Source of the DNA: a virus
Strand: one strand, 5' to 3'
IMG/VR virus record: IMGVR_UViG_3300020172_001405
Location: 1-64,000 of that record
DNA length: 64,000 bases
A model generated the notes under the pieces. That model was not told the origin of the DNA, searched no databases, and saw only the letters and a list, made by a program, of their open reading frames with translations. The position numbers and the translations under genes were made by a program. Positions 61,313 through 64,000 of the stretch are shown piece by piece. Within the stretch, counting starts at the first letter, position 1, and each line of letters opens with the position of its first letter.

Positions 61313-64000
61313 TAGTATGTCCCTATTCCATTTAAGCGTAGTTCGTCTTCTAAGACTTTTTTAAATTTTCTAACCATAGCTTCAGCTTCAGCATTACTTG
61401 CTTGAGCTATTTGAACGTGCATGGTCACATTTATGTCTTGTTTTGAAGCTGTAGAAAAACTAGACGTACTACGTGAGCTATTAACAGCTTGTGCACCAGT
61501 AGTGGCCCCAAGAGACATAGACTGCGCAGATCCAATATTTTCTGACCCGCCAATACCGTCTGCCCCACCAATACCTGCGGCTTTTTGTGCTGTTGCTGCA
61601 TCATCTAAAAATTTAGTAAATTTGCCGCTAGTAAAGGTTGTCCAACCTTTCCAATGCTTTCCTTGGTTACTTTTTTCGTAAGCAGCTGCAATATTATACT
61701 CTGCATTCTTTAATCTACTGCCGTCACGATAGGGGTCACTATACGCTTTCCAATCTTTTAAGGATCTAATTTGGAACGCGCCATAGCTAGGGCCCCATTT
61801 TTCAGACACTAAATGTTTATCACCAACTGCGTCTGCCCGACCGCCGGACTCAGCTAAAGCAACAGCAAAAGCAGTTTGAAGTGACTTTCCTCGAAAACCT
61901 TTTGCATATAGCATCTGCATTAACCCTTTGCGGCTTCCTCCGGTCATGCCAGAGCTGTCTCCTGAAACTGGGTTTTCTTCTGAGTTAATGATTGCTGTTC
62001 CTCGTTTTTTACCTAAACCTACTTTACCGCCGCCGTAATTACTAACGTCTTCCCAACCTACGGGGCTTCCAGAGCTTATTCTGCTGCTTATTAAAGATCC
62101 TAGGTCAGCGGAGCTTATGTCAGATAGTGAAGTAGACCCCGCTGAACCGCTTCCCGAAATTGAGTGAGTAGAGTCTTGTTTATTTCTATTAAATAATCTA
62201 TTAATTACTTTTCTACCTACGCTAATTCCGGTAGTAACCATGTTTTTAATAAATTGAAACGCTTTGCCAAAGAATGATTTAGGATCTTTTCTTCCCTGAG
62301 CACCTACGCCACCATGGTCTCTAACCTCAAAGTGAAGGTGGGGACCAGTAGATGTTCCGGCGCCTGAAGAGCCCTTAGCTCCACCAGACTTTGCAACTTC
62401 TTGCCCGCTAACAACTTTGTCGCCCTTTTTAACAAGAAGTTTACTAAGGTGAGCATACATAGTTGATTTACCACCAGCATGCTTAATAATTAAATATCGT
62501 CCATATTGACGGTGCATTCCTGTTTCAGAAACTGTTCCATCTCCTGCAGCCGAAACAGAACTTCCTACAGCTACGCCGTAGTCAATACCTGAGTGGTTTG
62601 AACTAATGCCTGGGTTTCTTGCAGCAGCGCCTGGACGTGGACCATAAGGAGAGGTTACCTTTGTTCCAGGAGGAACTGGCATTTGTAAGATATTTCCGTT
62701 TGCTTTTGCAACAGTTGATGCAACGTTTCCACTTGTTGGCATTTCTGGGCCACCCATTCCATGGGAACAGCCCATTGATCCGTGGGAACATCCTCCGTCC
62801 CCACCTCCCATGCCGCCGTCTTTAACTCCACCAGTTGCTAAGTTTCCAACTCCACCTGCAGCAATACCTGCAAAAGCTCCAGGTACACCGCCAGCAGCTA
62901 ATCCAGTAAGTCCGCCTTGACCTAAATCAAATGCAAAGTTTCCTAGCCATTTAGCCCAACCAGGTAACTTACTACCTTTTTTATTTAACCACTGCTGCGC
63001 TTTTTCCATTCCCGTGTAGATACCCGCAGCTAATCCAAGACGGCCAAATTTTGCTAACTTAGACCCCTTAGCAAGAATTCCAGTAGCTTTAAATTTACCT
63101 TTACCGGTAAGCATACTCATTAAACCTGCTCCAAGCCCTGTTGCCCCAGCAGCACCCGCAGCACCCGCACCACCACCACCAGCTGCAGCTGCAGCAGCGC
63201 CTGGCCCAATAATTCCAACACGTTTTGCTAAATTAGCAGCCAGTAACATTTGGCCTATGTTCATTGCGCCGCCAGCTGCCATACCACCAAGATTAGAGAG
63301 TGTAGCGCCAGTATTACCTGCTCCAGGAAATGTTTGAAGAGCACCTTTAAAAGTCATAAGTGCTTGAGTTACCGAAGGAAGGGCTTCAGCAAGAGAGCTA
63401 AACCCATCATTTACAGATGCAGTAGTTCTAAGAGCTACGTTATAGCCCCCTACTAATCCAGACTCTGTAGCCTGTAACTTTCTAGCTTCGCTAGTATTGT
63501 ATCTAAATTGTGATCTAATAGGGCTGTCTTTAGCTACGCCCATTAAATCTAATGCTTTATTTGAATTGTTTAGGTCGCTTTTTTTTAATCCCCCGCCTTT
63601 TGACGCACGAGCAACAATTCCTGCTTGCAAAACTCCTAGAAGATTAGGGTCTCCGCCAGCAACAGCCATAAGAGATGCATAACCCTTACTGTTTGGGTTA
63701 TATACCATCTGCGCTTGTTCTGCGGTTATTTTTTTGCCGCCATATAAAAAGTTATATGTATCATTAATAATCTGATTCATTGGTCTTTGGTTACCCTGAG
63801 CGTCGCGAGTTTTTACGCCCATACGTAAAAAGCTCATGCCGTTCATACCAGCAATTGCGCCAGCTACTTGCTCATTTGAACCTCCGCTTATTGCGCTAAG
63901 CCCACCAATTTGGCCCATAACGTTTTTAGAGCTTCTAGTATTAGCTAAGTATCCACCTTGATAGGCAAGAGCTGAAGCAGCCATAGTAGGGCCCATAGCG
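61312..64000 (-). CDS. Tape measure protein (C-terminal part) with M23 peptidase and lysozyme/transglycosylase-like domain
   Basis: Gly/Ala-rich; HSGID, YAHL, TGPHLHFEVR; ALAESGG...SYGAFQI; starts outside window. Confidence 0.85.
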   Translation of the reverse strand, partial: AMGPTMAASALAYQGGYLANTRSSKNVMGQIGGLSAISGGSNEQVAGAIAGMNGMSFLRMGVKTRDAQGNQRPMNQIINDTYNFLYGGKKITAEQAQMVYNPNSKGYASLMAVAGGDPNLLGVLQAGIVARASKGGGLKKSDLNNSNKALDLMGVAKDSPIRSQFRYNTSEARKLQATESGLVGGYNVALRTTASVNDGFSSLAEALPSVTQALMTFKGALQTFPGAGNTGATLSNLGGMAAGGAMNIGQMLLAANLAKRVGIIGPGAAAAAAGGGGAGAAGAAGATGLGAGLMSMLTGKGKFKATGILAKGSKLAKFGRLGLAAGIYTGMEKAQQWLNKKGSKLPGWAKWLGNFAFDLGQGGLTGLAAGGVPGAFAGIAAGGVGNLATGGVKDGGMGGGDGGCSHGSMGCSHGMGGPEMPTSGNVASTVAKANGNILQMPVPPGTKVTSPYGPRPGAAARNPGISSNHSGIDYGVAVGSSVSAAGDGTVSETGMHRQYGRYLIIKHAGGKSTMYAHLSKLLVKKGDKVVSGQEVAKSGGAKGSSGAGTSTGPHLHFEVRDHGGVGAQGRKDPKSFFGKAFQFIKNMVTTGISVGRKVINRLFNRNKQDSTHSISGSGSAGSTSLSDISSADLGSLISSRISSGSPVGWEDVSNYGGGKVGLGKKRGTAIINSEENPVSGDSSGMTGGSRKGLMQMLYAKGFRGKSLQTAFAVALAESGGRADAVGDKHLVSEKWGPSYGAFQIRSLKDWKAYSDPYRDGSRLKNAEYNIAAAYEKSNQGKHWKGWTTFTSGKFTKFLDDAATAQKAAGIGGADGIGGSENIGSAQSMSLGATTGAQAVNSSRSTSSFSTASKQDINVTMHVQIAQASNAEAEAMVRKFKKVLEDELRLNGIGTY

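Noticed and set aside
1481-63682. Many short opposite-strand or nested ORFs in the track (e.g. 3349-3720, 22280-22585, 28470-28910, 47380-47599 extension)
   Set aside because: Shadows of longer motif-bearing genes, without SD or recognisable motifs
1-64000. Prophage, host flank or recoded genetic code
   Set aside because: No integrase, att site or host operon; coding density is high and core genes are full length in the standard code

Overview
The window is part of a large lytic dsDNA phage genome with a contractile tail (myovirus). It very likely infects Actinobacteria: it encodes three WhiB proteins, BldD-like and BldC-like regulators and an actinobacterial-type DenV-like glycosylase, and resembles large freshwater actinophages. 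No host genes, integrase, CRISPR array or reverse transcriptase are visible. Three blocks: (1) 1-6.7 kb, minus strand: a PASTA-like virion protein, very basic small proteins, an HNH protein, a proteasome-beta/HslV-like peptidase and Hsp20 with a ROSE-like leader. (2) 7.0-21.8 kb, plus strand: an early/host-takeover-like block with micro zinc-finger proteins, a truncated BldD-like regulator, a WhiB3/WhiD-like protein, one tRNA(CAT), a MoxR AAA+/vWA pair and a DenV-like glycosylase. It is unusually rich in structured non-coding sequence: three 240-285 nt elements closed by related helices, a duplicated covarying leader, tRNA-like mimics, a pseudoknot and a strand-polarised 10-mer CAACACAAAC. (3) 21.9-64 kb, minus strand: class II RNR, a nucleotidyltransferase/HAD-like/TGT-like cluster, basic proteins, thioredoxin, holin-like protein, metallophosphoesterase, SpoVS, a recombination/replication module (RuvC, Cas4-like, RecA, PolA, SSB, SNF2, primase, DnaB, DnaC, initiator) and baseplate/tail genes ending in a partial tape measure. 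All functional calls come from motif recognition by eye; no searches were run.
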